From Vulcanimicrobiota bacterium (lineage in GTDB: Bacteria; Vulcanimicrobiota; Vulcanimicrobiia; Eremiobacterales; Eremiobacteraceae), in assembly GCA_963812135.1 (NCBI GenBank), contig CAWETU010000001.1, positions 704,001-768,000 of the forward strand: DNA of 64,000 nt, read 5' to 3'. The notes beneath the pieces are model-generated. The model was not told the origin of the DNA. It saw only the letters and a list, made by a program, of their open reading frames with translations, and did no database searches. A program made the position numbers and the translations under genes. Below, one piece after another: positions 29,207 to 38,698 of the stretch (positions are counted from its first letter, which is position 1; every line of letters starts with the position of its first letter).

Positions 29207-30991
29207 CTATCCGTGAAGGACGTAGACGGTTGTGAGTCCCGCGCGGCCTTTGATCCGCGCTTGGCGGCGCGTGGCCGCCACTTGATCGCGGACCTTCTCA
29301 TACGTGCGTGCGTCCGCGAGGATCTGGTTCGGTTCGGCGATCGACTGCAAGCGCTGCGCGAGGTTCACCGCGCTGCCGACCACAGTGTATTCGAGCCGGC
29401 GCTCCGAGCCGATGTTGCCGGCGACGACATCGCCGGTCGCAAGCCCGATGCTCACCGACAGCGGCCAGCTGACGCCCGGTTGTGCGTTGAGCAGTTCGAC
29501 TTGTTCGAGGATCTGGCGCGCGGCCAGCACCGCGCGGTTGGTGTCGTCGGCGGCAGGACGCGGCGCGCCGAAGACCGCCATGATGCCGTCGCCATAGTAT
29601 TTGTCGAGCAATCCGAGATTGGCCAACACGACGTCGACGGTCGGCGCAAGGTAGCGATTGAGCATCTCGACGACTTCTTCAGGCATCAGCCGTTCTGATA
29701 ATTCGGTGAAGCCGCGGATGTCGGCGAAGAGCATCGTCGCGGTGAGGCGCGTGCCACCCAGCGGCACATTGTCAGGATCGAGCAGCAGCTCGCTCACGAC
29801 GTGGGGCGCCAGATAGCGCTCGAACGAGCGCGCGACCTTTTCGCTGTGCTCGATCTGCGCTTTGTTCTCAGCTTCCAATGTGCGTCGCGCGGTGAGGTCG
29901 TTGAGGACGACGGCGGTGCCGACGCCTTCGCCGGTCAGCGAGTGGACGCGTAAGAACGTCGCCTGCAACACGATCGGCCCGCGCACGAAGTGCGTGCCGC
30001 GCAGCTCCACTTCCGCGCGACCATCGGGCAGCGACTTGTATTGCTCGAGCAGCGTCGTGAAACCGGGCAGCCACGAATTGAGGATGCGCGCGTGCCGGCC
30101 CTCGAGCGTCGACGCCGACAGGCCAAACGTGATTTCTGCCGCGCGGTTGAACTGCGCGATCGAATCGTTCTCGTCGAGCATGATGACGCCCGACGCGATC
30201 GACTCGAGGATCTCGTCGGTCTGCGCCTTGATGTTGGAGAGATCCTCGAAATTGCGATTCCAATCGTCGTACAGCCGCGCGTTGTCGATCGCCACTGCGG
30301 CTTGGTCCGCGATGGTCGCGAGCAGCTCGGGGTCGTGCTGGAACAGATTGTCGGTGCGGATGCGCGAGTCGACGTAGATCACACCGATCGTGCCGGCCTT
30401 GCCGACGATCGGCACGCAGTTGATCGACCGGATGTGCAGCGAGCGGATGCTGGGCGACGCATCGACCTGCGGATCGTTCTGCGCGTCGGTCGTCACCAAC
30501 GGCACGCCTTCTTTGAAGACGCGCTCGATGATCGACCGGCTGACCGCGAACTCAGGCCGGGTCACGAGACCGGGATCGATGTTCGCGCCGGCGCTGTATT
30601 CTTTTTGGCCGCCACCTGGGTCGGGCACGACGATGAGGCCGCGTTCGGCGCCGGCGGCTTCGACGGAAAGATCGACGATCAGCTGGAGCAGCGCATCGAG
30701 CCGCCTGACGACGTTGATCGCTTTGCCGATGCGGACCAATGTGTCCGCGCGGCGCTGTTGGGTTTCGAGTTCGCTTTGGAGGCGCTGAGCACGGGCGGAC
30801 GCCACGCTGGCTTCGAGCTCGCGTGCATGCACCTCGCTGCGCGCGCGCGCGAGCAGATCGAGCAGCTTGTTGGCGGTCGACGCGGACTTCGGGCTCGGTG
30901 AGGGTCCAGCGAGCCGGCGAGCGTCGTCGAGCGCTTCATCCAGGCGGGCAGCGATCCGCTCCCAAGGGTTATCCCGCCGGTCGTGCTCCAT
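29207..30991 (-). CDS. GAF-PAS class III adenylate cyclase
   Basis: GAF (SRSII...IGVIYVD...AAVAIDNARL), PAS, FADIRGFT, DKYYGDG, EYTVVG, VNLAQRL. Confidence 0.92.
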   Translation of the reverse strand: MEHDRRDNPWERIAARLDEALDDARRLAGPSPSPKSASTANKLLDLLARARSEVHARELEASVASARAQRLQSELETQQRRADTLVRIGKAINVVRRLDALLQLIVDLSVEAAGAERGLIVVPDPGGGQKEYSAGANIDPGLVTRPEFAVSRSIIERVFKEGVPLVTTDAQNDPQVDASPSIRSLHIRSINCVPIVGKAGTIGVIYVDSRIRTDNLFQHDPELLATIADQAAVAIDNARLYDDWNRNFEDLSNIKAQTDEILESIASGVIMLDENDSIAQFNRAAEITFGLSASTLEGRHARILNSWLPGFTTLLEQYKSLPDGRAEVELRGTHFVRGPIVLQATFLRVHSLTGEGVGTAVVLNDLTARRTLEAENKAQIEHSEKVARSFERYLAPHVVSELLLDPDNVPLGGTRLTATMLFADIRGFTELSERLMPEEVVEMLNRYLAPTVDVVLANLGLLDKYYGDGIMAVFGAPRPAADDTNRAVLAARQILEQVELLNAQPGVSWPLSVSIGLATGDVVAGNIGSERRLEYTVVGSAVNLAQRLQSIAEPNQILADARTYEKVRDQVAATRRQARIKGRAGLTTVYVLHG

Positions 30992-31050
30992 GTCTAGTAC
31001 ATCGGCGCGCTCGCGCCCGCCCAGTACGCACGATCCGGCGAGTTCCTACC

Positions 31051-31506
31051 TTAATAGGAGGGGTAGTTGGCGTCGAACTGGATGACGTAGTACCACAAGG
31101 TGGCACGGCGCATGCCCGCGGGTACCAGAAATGCCAGCGAACCGCTCTGACCCTGACCCGGGCCGAGGACAGTTTCGGAGAGCGAACCGACGAGTGACGT
31201 GGTCTTCTTGCGATCCACATGATACCCGTCGTCGGAACCATACCCGTCGGAGCGCAGCACGAAATCCTTGTAATCGACGTTCAGCGGCGACTGGCGGCTT
31301 TGATTGAACATGTGCATCTGGTCGATGACGATGTACTTCGTGTCCGCGGTCGGTCCAGGAACTGCGTAGCTCGATGTCGCCCAGAAACCGGCGGGCAATT
31401 GCACTTGGACCTGCGTGTATTGATCGTTGGAATCGGCGCGTCCGGCGGCGCTGAGCACGAGCGTCGCGCCGATCGCGGCAAGCGCTGACAAGGTGCGGGG
31501 ATTCAT
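31051..31506 (-). CDS. Exported Ig-like protein (DUF4352-like)
   Basis: Signal peptide; DFVL, LGPGQGQSGSLAFLVP. Confidence 0.6.
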   Translation of the reverse strand: MNPRTLSALAAIGATLVLSAAGRADSNDQYTQVQVQLPAGFWATSSYAVPGPTADTKYIVIDQMHMFNQSRQSPLNVDYKDFVLRSDGYGSDDGYHVDRKKTTSLVGSLSETVLGPGQGQSGSLAFLVPAGMRRATLWYYVIQFDANYPSY

Positions 31507-31607
31507 AGCGGTTGGAGAGTTCATCCATCTCGCGGACCAATCCCGCTCACATCGCACGGCTACCGTTCAGTTCATATTCAGCCGAGACGTTCGGCGGGAG
31601 GCGTTCG

Positions 31608-31922
31608 ATGTCGGTGCTCAATATGGTGGAAACGGCGATGCAGTTCTCACAGTATCGCGCCGCGCTGCTCGCCGGGGACGCGGCGAATGCAAGCTCGGCC
31701 GGATTCCGCCCAACGGATGCGGCGCTCGCGATCGAGCCAGCCGCAGGTGGCCTGCGTTTCGCGGCAGCGATGCGTGACGTCGAAAGCACCGGCCCTGTCT
31801 CCACCGTCGAGTATGCGATGGGTGGCATCGCGAAAAATTCGGTCTGGTATCGGGCGCTCGCCAGTCAAGCGCACGCGATCTTGCGCGAGTTCCGCACCGT
31901 CGCGGAGGAGGCGCGCCGATGA
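31608..31922 (+). CDS. flgB: Divergent flagellar basal-body rod protein FlgB-like
   Basis: GGGAGG RBS; RAALLAGDAANASSAGFRPTD is a degenerate NIANxxTPGYxxxD; VEYAMGGIAKNSVWY; first gene before flgC. Confidence 0.65.
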   Translation: MSVLNMVETAMQFSQYRAALLAGDAANASSAGFRPTDAALAIEPAAGGLRFAAAMRDVESTGPVSTVEYAMGGIAKNSVWYRALASQAHAILREFRTVAEEARR

Positions 31923-32395
31923 GCGACGCGCCGTCCGCGTTCGACATCGCGGCGAGCGGCATGTCGGCGCAACGCGTGGCCATGGACGTCATCGCCGAAA
32001 ATCTCGCAAACGCGAACGTGCAGCGCGTCGACGGCTCTCAGTTCCGCGGGCGGACCGCGGTCTTCGAACCATCGGCGTCGTTCGCCGACGCGATGGACGC
32101 GGCGGGCAACTCGAGTTTCGACATCACCGTGGACGATGACGGCGTAGCGCCCGCCGGCGTCCGCTTCGCCGGACTGATGGAGCAAGCCGATCAGCCCGCG
32201 TACCGCCTCGACCCGGGCAACCCGCTTGCGGCGACGAGCGGCCCGCACAAAGGTTACGTCGAAGAATCGGGTGTCGATCCCATCGCGCAAATGATCGGCC
32301 TGGTCAGCGCCGGTCGCGCGTATGACGCGGACGTGTCGGCGCTGCAAGCCGCCAAGCAGATGGACACCGAAGCGATCGACATCGAGCAAATCTGA
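31919..32395 (+). CDS. flgC: Flagellar basal-body rod protein FlgC
   Basis: IAASGMSAQRVAMDVIAENLANAN, DPGNPLA, GYVE..VD, MIGLVSAGRAYDA. Confidence 0.9.
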   Translation: MSDAPSAFDIAASGMSAQRVAMDVIAENLANANVQRVDGSQFRGRTAVFEPSASFADAMDAAGNSSFDITVDDDGVAPAGVRFAGLMEQADQPAYRLDPGNPLAATSGPHKGYVEESGVDPIAQMIGLVSAGRAYDADVSALQAAKQMDTEAIDIEQI

Positions 32396-32685
32396 TGACT
32401 GCCCCCATCGAGCCGGTCGCTGCCCTTCGACCCGCGCTGCTGATCGAACGCGTTGACGCTCCTACGAATGAAGGCGGCGGCAGTCCCTTCGCGGCGCTCA
32501 TCGAGGACGCGTCCGCTTCGTTGCGCCGCGCCGACGACGCCGCAGCGCTGGTGGCGTCGGGTCACGGCAACGTCGCGACGGCGGCGGTCGCCCGCGCGCA
32601 TGCCGATGTCGCCCTCGAGGTCGCCGCCATCACGGCCTCGCGCGTCAGCGGCGCGATCGCGACGCTGTTGCAAACGCAGGTGTGA
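32395..32685 (+). CDS. fliE: Flagellar hook-basal body protein FliE-like
   Basis: 96 aa; FAALIEDA...ADVALEVA...LLQTQV; sits between flgC and fliF. Confidence 0.75.
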   Translation: MTAPIEPVAALRPALLIERVDAPTNEGGGSPFAALIEDASASLRRADDAAALVASGHGNVATAAVARAHADVALEVAAITASRVSGAIATLLQTQV

Positions 32686-32688
32686 TCC

Positions 32689-34098
32689 GTGCTGGCGCGC
32701 TTGCCCGCGTCGCTGCCGCGCGTCATCGAGGATTGCGCCGTCTGGGCACATCGGCGGCGAAGACCGGTGACCGCAGCGGCGTGTGCGGTTGCGCTCACCG
32801 TGGCGTTCTGCGCGATCGTCGCGCGCAACATCGCGCCCGTATCGCTGTTCGACGCGCCATTGCATCCGAAGCAGACGACTGAAGTCGCGCAAGCGCTGAC
32901 GCTGTGGAACGAGCCGTTCACCGTGAACGCGCAGTCGACGCAGATCTACGTCGCCGCCCGGCGGCGGCGCGAGTTGCTGGTACTTCTTTCTTTGGCCGAC
33001 TTGCCGCACGGATACGTTCCGACCACCGCTGATGTCTTGCAAACCCAAGACAATCCGCTGACGCCGCCGGAAATCGTCGACGATCGGCGCCGCGCGGGAA
33101 TCGAGGGCGATCTCGTCGCCGGGCTGCGGCGCATCGATGGCGTCGCCGATGCTGCAGTCGTCATCGCGCCTGCAAGCGGCGACGCATTTGCGGACGCCGG
33201 CGACCGCTCGCCGCCGAGCGCGAGCGTGCAACTCATCTTGCAGCCGGGGGTCCAGCTGAGCGCGACCGCCGTCGCCGGCATCCGAAGGTTCGTCGCAGCC
33301 GGCTACCCTGGGCTGAGCGCGGACAAAGTTGCAGTGGTCGACGGTTCGGGCGCGCTCTTGGGAGCCACGCCGGATCGAGCCGCTGCGCGCGAGTCGCGCA
33401 TCCAAGCCAACGTGCAGTCAGCGCTCGACGGCGCCCTCGGCGCCGGAGCTGCCATCGTGCGCGTGAGTGTTCGCACCGCGGGCTCGGAACAATCGGTGCA
33501 AAGCACGAGCGTCGTGCCGCACGGTCTGCTTGACGCCGATACCGGCAGCGAATCGGGCGCCGAGAACGGTCGCAAGCTGAACAAACAGCGTACGACGCGT
33601 CACTACGCGTATGACACCATCGTCGAACACCGCAATATCGCCGCCGACGCCATCGGCCGGATCTCAGTCGCCGTGTTCCTCGATGCGTCGCGAGTCGACG
33701 CCTCGCACAGCGCTGCCATCAGCTCGCTTGTCCGCGCCAGTGCGGGCGCTGATCTCAATGCAGGCGACGACGTGGTCGTCGAGTCCGTTCCATTCGCCCT
33801 CAAACCGACGCCCGTCATCGCGGCAGCGCCCGCCCCCTTGGCGCAAGCGATGTTGCCAGTCGCGGCGATGATGCTCGTCGCGGTCGCCCTCGGCGTCACG
33901 CTTTGGCCGCAACGAGCCGGGCATCGCGACTCGGCTGTCGCGGGGCTGCGAAGCTCGCTTGACCGTGAATCGCCGCGCACCGCGGCATATGTGCTGTCGA
34001 CCCTGCCGCAGTCGACGCGCGAGCGCGTCCTCGCGTCATACGGTCCGTTGCGCCGCGCCTCGATCGAAGCGTGCCTGCAAGACCAACATGTCCGCTGA
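32689..34098 (+). CDS. fliF: FliF (MS-ring)-like protein with a C-terminal FliG-middle-domain-like segment
   Basis: TM1, ring-building motifs (IEGDLVAGLRRIDGVADAAVVI, PPSASVQL, PGLSADKVAVVD), RISVAVFLD, GDDVVVESVPF, TM2, then ESPRTAAYVLSTL. Confidence 0.8.
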   Translation: MLARLPASLPRVIEDCAVWAHRRRRPVTAAACAVALTVAFCAIVARNIAPVSLFDAPLHPKQTTEVAQALTLWNEPFTVNAQSTQIYVAARRRRELLVLLSLADLPHGYVPTTADVLQTQDNPLTPPEIVDDRRRAGIEGDLVAGLRRIDGVADAAVVIAPASGDAFADAGDRSPPSASVQLILQPGVQLSATAVAGIRRFVAAGYPGLSADKVAVVDGSGALLGATPDRAAARESRIQANVQSALDGALGAGAAIVRVSVRTAGSEQSVQSTSVVPHGLLDADTGSESGAENGRKLNKQRTTRHYAYDTIVEHRNIAADAIGRISVAVFLDASRVDASHSAAISSLVRASAGADLNAGDDVVVESVPFALKPTPVIAAAPAPLAQAMLPVAAMMLVAVALGVTLWPQRAGHRDSAVAGLRSSLDRESPRTAAYVLSTLPQSTRERVLASYGPLRRASIEACLQDQHVR

Positions 34099-34666
34099 AT
34101 TCGGCCCGCTGCGTGTGCGCCGCTATCGTGCGCCCGCACAGTCGTTGGAATCGGCGCAGAGCGCGGCGCCCGAATCGCCGCCGCAGGTGGGTTCGCCGGA
34201 TGGCGAGGATGCGGCGCCAGTGGTCGCAGCGGACTCGCCGGCGTCGTGCGCGCTCGCGACAAGCGCCGCACAGCCAGCCGCAAATGAAGTTCCGGATCAT
34301 AGCGACATTCCCGCGGCTTACGAACCTCCCTCATATGATGAAGAGCGCTTCGAAGCCGCCGTCCGCGAGGAGGCGATCCGTTTCGCATCCATCGCCGTTG
34401 CTCGCGCCCTGCGCGTCGCACTGGTCGACGATGCCACGCTCGCCAGGTACGTGGACGACGCGTTGCGCGCGTGTGGCCGTGGCGGACGAGCGACCGTCCG
34501 GCTACATCCGCGCGACGCGCCCGCCTATCGGCCCACCGGCGATCTCGAGGTCGTCAGCGACGATTCGTGTGAAGCGGGCCAAGTGGTGATCGAACTTCCC
34601 ACAGGTTCGCTCGGCGCGACCGCCGACGAACGTGCTGCGTTGCTGGTCAGAGCGGTCGCGTGCTGA
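34088..34666 (+). CDS. fliH: FliH/SctL-like protein
   Basis: Disordered N-terminus, then AVARAL...VRLHPRD...DDSCEAGQVVIELPTGSL; between fliF and fliI. Confidence 0.65.
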   Translation: MSAEFGPLRVRRYRAPAQSLESAQSAAPESPPQVGSPDGEDAAPVVAADSPASCALATSAAQPAANEVPDHSDIPAAYEPPSYDEERFEAAVREEAIRFASIAVARALRVALVDDATLARYVDDALRACGRGGRATVRLHPRDAPAYRPTGDLEVVSDDSCEAGQVVIELPTGSLGATADERAALLVRAVAC

Positions 34667-35994
34667 CCGCGCGCCCTTTTCCAGTCACATATCCAGAGGC
34701 CGATGGCTTCGTCCGCCGCGGTACCGTGCAACGCGTCACGGCCGAGACGATCGACGTGCGGTGCCCTGCGCTGACGTCCGGAGACGCAGTGTTGATCGAA
34801 GGGTTCAGCGATGCGAGTCCGGTGATCGCAGAGGTCACGATGACGGGCGTCGACGGCGCTCGTTGTGCCACGCTCGAGCACGGCGCGCGGATTCGCGTCG
34901 GCGCAAACGTGTTGTGTGCTGGGGGACGAGTGGGAGCGTACGCCGGCGAGGTCTTGCTCGGTCGCGCGCTCGATGCGTGGGGGCGCGATCTCGACCACGC
35001 GCCCGTTAGGGGCCGCATCGTCGTGCCGCTCGAATCGCGACCGCTCGACGCGCGGACGCGGGGGCCGATCGAGAGCCCGCTGCGCACCGGCATCGCAGCC
35101 ATCGACGCCCTCACGACGATCGGCTATGGCCAGCGGGTCGCCTTGACTGCCGGCGCCGGCGTCGGCAAGACGGCGCTCTTGCGCCGCATCGTCGAGCATG
35201 CCGAGGCGGATGCGCGCGTCATCGCGCTCGTCGGCGAACGGGGCCGAGAGGCGGCCGAGACCGTGCGGCGGCTGCGCGCCCTTCCGGAGTGGCCGCGCAC
35301 CTCGCTGTATTGCGCCACATCCGAAACCAGCGCGATCGAACGGTTGACGGCGGCACGCAGCGCGACCGCCCAAGCAGAGTGGCTGTGCCGCAACGGACGA
35401 CACGTGCTGCTGGTGATCGACTCGCTCACACGCGTCGCGAACGCGTGGCGCGAGTTAGCGCTCGCTGCTGGCGAACCGATGGGTCCGCGGGGCTATCCGG
35501 CGTCGCTCGGCAGCACGCTTGCGCGACTCGTCGAGCGCGCCGGCGCCCGCCCCCAAGGATCGATCACCGCGGTGTACGCCGTCTTGGTCGAGGGCGACGA
35601 CCCGTTTGAGCCGGTCACCGACGCGCTGCGCGCGCTGCTCGACGGCCATATCGAGCTTTCGCGCACGCACGCGCAGGCCGGTCGATTTCCGGCGATCGAC
35701 GCGTTGCGTAGCCTGAGCCGCTCGATGCCCGATGTCGTAAGCCCGGCCCAGCGGGCCGACGCCGCGCTGGTCAGGCGCGCGCTTGCGACGCTGGAAAACG
35801 CTGAAGACCTGATCGCGATCGGCGCATATCGCGCGGGTTCGGACGCGTGGCTCGACGCGTGCGTCGCGTTGCGCCCGGCGATCGAATCGTTGATCTTCGA
35901 CGGACTTGGCCGTCCCGACGATCCGTTGGTCCGGCTCGCCGCGCTTGCAAACGAATTGCGACGCACCCCTGGACCAGTGCCGGCAGTCGCGTGA
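34660..35994 (+). CDS. fliI: FliI/YscN family export ATPase
   Basis: TGIAAIDAL, GQR, GAGVGKT, GERGRE, IDSLTR, GEP..RGYP, VLVEGDD, LDGHIELSR, FPAID. Confidence 0.92.
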   Translation: MLTARPFPVTYPEADGFVRRGTVQRVTAETIDVRCPALTSGDAVLIEGFSDASPVIAEVTMTGVDGARCATLEHGARIRVGANVLCAGGRVGAYAGEVLLGRALDAWGRDLDHAPVRGRIVVPLESRPLDARTRGPIESPLRTGIAAIDALTTIGYGQRVALTAGAGVGKTALLRRIVEHAEADARVIALVGERGREAAETVRRLRALPEWPRTSLYCATSETSAIERLTAARSATAQAEWLCRNGRHVLLVIDSLTRVANAWRELALAAGEPMGPRGYPASLGSTLARLVERAGARPQGSITAVYAVLVEGDDPFEPVTDALRALLDGHIELSRTHAQAGRFPAIDALRSLSRSMPDVVSPAQRADAALVRRALATLENAEDLIAIGAYRAGSDAWLDACVALRPAIESLIFDGLGRPDDPLVRLAALANELRRTPGPVPAVA

Positions 35995-36047
35995 TAGGCA
36001 ATCGCGTCGACTCGCGCATTCTTGAAACGGCATCGGAGGCTCTTCAC

Positions 36048-36776
36048 ATGAGTATTTCGCCAGCTGCACCCCAGGGATTACAATGGCCTGCGCCCGTCGC
36101 CAGACGCCCGTGGCCGCTCGAAGCGATCGACGGGCCAGACCAACCTTCATCTCCAACGCAGGATGGGTCGACGGACTCGGCGGCTCCGGCGAACCAACCC
36201 AATGACGCATCTGCGCCGCTCAGTCTCACGAAGCTCATCGCGCAGCTCTCACGGCAGCTCACGTCGATCGAGCAGACCTTCACGCGCGCGCTACAGGCAC
36301 TGACGAAGAGCGTCGAATCAACGGCTTCATCGGACATCGCATCCAGCGTGCCGGCCAACAATAGCGGCGCGGCTGCGCTGGGACCCAGCCCCTATGACGG
36401 TCTGATCCGCCGCGCGGCCAACCGCCACGATCTCGACCCCGCGCTGCTTGGCGCCGTCGTCCGCCAGGAGTCCGGCTTCGACCCGAACGCGCGCTCGAGC
36501 GCCGGCGCCATGGGATTGATGCAGCTGATGCCCGACACCGCGCGCTCGCTCGGCGTGAAGAATGCGTTTGATCCGGCGCAGAACGTCGAGGGCGGCGCGA
36601 AGCTGCTGCGCGGTTTGATCGACCGCTACTCCGGGCGGCTCGACTTGGCGCTCGCGGCGTACAACGCGGGATCCGGCGCGGTGGACAAGTACCATGGCGT
36701 TCCGCCATATGCGGAAACCCGCGAGTATGTGCATTCGATCCTGGCCGATTACCGGGTCCGGGCGCTCGGCGCCTAG
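36048..36776 (+). CDS. Lytic transglycosylase (SLT domain)
   Basis: VVRQESGF, AGAMGLMQLMP, NVEGG, ALAAYNAG, PPYAETREYV; GGAGG RBS; no obvious Sec signal. Confidence 0.92.
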   Translation: MSISPAAPQGLQWPAPVARRPWPLEAIDGPDQPSSPTQDGSTDSAAPANQPNDASAPLSLTKLIAQLSRQLTSIEQTFTRALQALTKSVESTASSDIASSVPANNSGAAALGPSPYDGLIRRAANRHDLDPALLGAVVRQESGFDPNARSSAGAMGLMQLMPDTARSLGVKNAFDPAQNVEGGAKLLRGLIDRYSGRLDLALAAYNAGSGAVDKYHGVPPYAETREYVHSILADYRVRALGA

Positions 36777-36801
36777 CCGGTCAGCAACCGCCGGTGGACG
36801 C

Positions 36802-36831
36802 TTGACACGGGTGTACGAAGCACAGTAAACT
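36802..36831 (+). promoter_or_regulatory. Sigma70 promoter of the znu operon
   Basis: TTGACA-N18-TAAACT. Confidence 0.7.
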
Positions 36832-36853
36832 TATCGAGAATGATTCTCGATAA
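36831..36853. promoter_or_regulatory. Zur/Fur-family operator, perfect 11-1-11 palindrome
   Basis: TTATCGAGAAT-G-ATTCTCGATAA, overlapping the end of the -10 and the znuA start codon. Confidence 0.85.
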
Positions 36854-37787
36854 GCATAAGACGCGACGCGCCCTCAGGTCCGCAGTGGCACTCACCATCG
36901 CTGTGTTGACCGGCTGCACCTCGCAACAACCGACTAGCGCACCGCAACCCACGACGACTCCGTCGTCCAGCCAACGCCTCCAAGTCGCCGCGACGATCTC
37001 GACGCTCGCAGCGCTCGTCAAGGCGGTCGGCGGCGACAAGGTCGACGTCGTGAGCATTGTGCCGATCGGCGTCTCGCCCGAAACGTATGACCCCTCGCCT
37101 CGCGACCTCATCGCCGTTGCAAACGCCCATATCATTTTCAAGAACGGCGCCGGACTCGAGATCTGGCTCGACAAGATGCTGCGCGCCGTCGCCAAGCCGA
37201 GCACCAAAGTCGTTGTGCTTTCGGACGGCCTGCCGGTCGCGGGCGCCAAAGGCCCGGGCGAACCAGGCAATCCGCATCTTTGGCTCGATCCGACATACGC
37301 GCAGGTGTACGTCCATAAGATCGCCGCGGCGCTGAGCGAGGTCGATCCCGCGAATGCGGCCTACTATAGCGCGCGCGAGAAAGCCGAGCAGAAGCAGTTG
37401 GCGCAGCTCGACGCGTGGATCAAGCAGCGCATCGCCACCATTCCGCCGGCGAACCGCACGATGCTGGCGTTCCACGACGCGTGGTACTATTTCGATCGCC
37501 GCTACGGCATCCGCGACGTCGGCGCCATCGAGCAGTCGCCCGGCCAATCGCCGTCCGCCGCGTATCTCGCGGCGCTGATCGCGCAAGCGCGCGCGAGCGG
37601 CACCCGCGCGGTGTTCGCTGAACCGCAGTTCTCCCCTAAACTTGCCCAACAGCTCGCCGCCAGCGCCGGCATTAAGACGGTGACGAACCTCTACGATGAC
37701 ACGCTCGGCACGACGCCGGAGCTACAGACATACGACGGGATGTTGCGTTACGATGTCGATACTATCGTCAAGGCATTGACATCATGA
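36840..37787 (+). CDS. znuA: Metal (Zn/Mn) ABC transporter substrate-binding lipoprotein
   Basis: Lipobox LTGC, NGAGLE, NPHLWLDP, FHDAWYYF, VFAEPQ. Confidence 0.88.
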   Translation: MILDKHKTRRALRSAVALTIAVLTGCTSQQPTSAPQPTTTPSSSQRLQVAATISTLAALVKAVGGDKVDVVSIVPIGVSPETYDPSPRDLIAVANAHIIFKNGAGLEIWLDKMLRAVAKPSTKVVVLSDGLPVAGAKGPGEPGNPHLWLDPTYAQVYVHKIAAALSEVDPANAAYYSAREKAEQKQLAQLDAWIKQRIATIPPANRTMLAFHDAWYYFDRRYGIRDVGAIEQSPGQSPSAAYLAALIAQARASGTRAVFAEPQFSPKLAQQLAASAGIKTVTNLYDDTLGTTPELQTYDGMLRYDVDTIVKALTS

Positions 37788-38695
37788 GCGAGCATGAAAC
37801 CGTGCACAACCACACCCACGTCGATCCGGCGACGCCGACCGCGCCGGCCGATCATAGCCATGCGGTCACCGCCACCAAGCCGCATCTGCATCAGCATCGC
37901 GATCATCGGCCGCCGGAGCCGCGCGATATATCGGTCGGCGCGAACAGCGCGATCGACTTGGAAGGCGTGTGCGCGGGCTACTTCGGCCGCGACGTGCTCG
38001 ACGAGGTCAGCCTCGATGTCAAGCGCGGCGAGTTCGTCGGGATCATCGGCCCCAACGGCGCCGGCAAATCGACGCTGCTCAAGGTCATCGCAGGACTGCT
38101 CGAGCCGCAGTGCGGCATCGTGCTCGTCCTCGGCAAGCCGCCCGGCCACGGCCAACCTATAGGCTACGTGCCGCAGACCGAAGCGGTGAATTGGACATTC
38201 CCGGTCAGCGTTCTCGACGTCGTGCTCATGGGTGTGTACGGCAAGCTCGGCCTGTTCCACCGGCCCGGCGAAACTGAGCACCGCGCCGCGTTGAGAGCGC
38301 TTGAGGAAGTCGGCATGCGCGAGTTTGCGGACGAGCAGATCGGCGAGCTCTCCGGTGGACAGCAGCAACGCGTTTTTGTGGCGCGCTCGCTGGTGCAAAA
38401 CCCCGAGCTGCTGCTGTTGGACGAGCCGATCTCCGGCGTCGACGCGACGAGCCAGCACGCGATCTTCACCTTGCTCGAGGAGCGCCAGAAAAGAGGCCAG
38501 ACGATCGTGGCCACAACGCACGACCTGTCGTGCGTGGCCACGTGGTTCGACAAAGTGCTGTGCCTCAACCATCGCGTGATCGCCTATGGGCCGCCGGACC
38601 AGGTGCTCACCGATGCGACGCTGTCCGCGACCTTCGGTAGTCACGTGTTGGTCATCCCCGACGCGCAGGCCGCAGTCCGGTCGGCGCAGCTCTAA
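37784..38695 (+). CDS. znuC: Metal ABC transporter ATPase with a His-rich N-terminal extension
   Basis: [32 protein letters not shown]. Confidence 0.9.
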   Translation: MSEHETVHNHTHVDPATPTAPADHSHAVTATKPHLHQHRDHRPPEPRDISVGANSAIDLEGVCAGYFGRDVLDEVSLDVKRGEFVGIIGPNGAGKSTLLKVIAGLLEPQCGIVLVLGKPPGHGQPIGYVPQTEAVNWTFPVSVLDVVLMGVYGKLGLFHRPGETEHRAALRALEEVGMREFADEQIGELSGGQQQRVFVARSLVQNPELLLLDEPISGVDATSQHAIFTLLEERQKRGQTIVATTHDLSCVATWFDKVLCLNHRVIAYGPPDQVLTDATLSATFGSHVLVIPDAQAAVRSAQL

Positions 38696-38698
38696 GGC

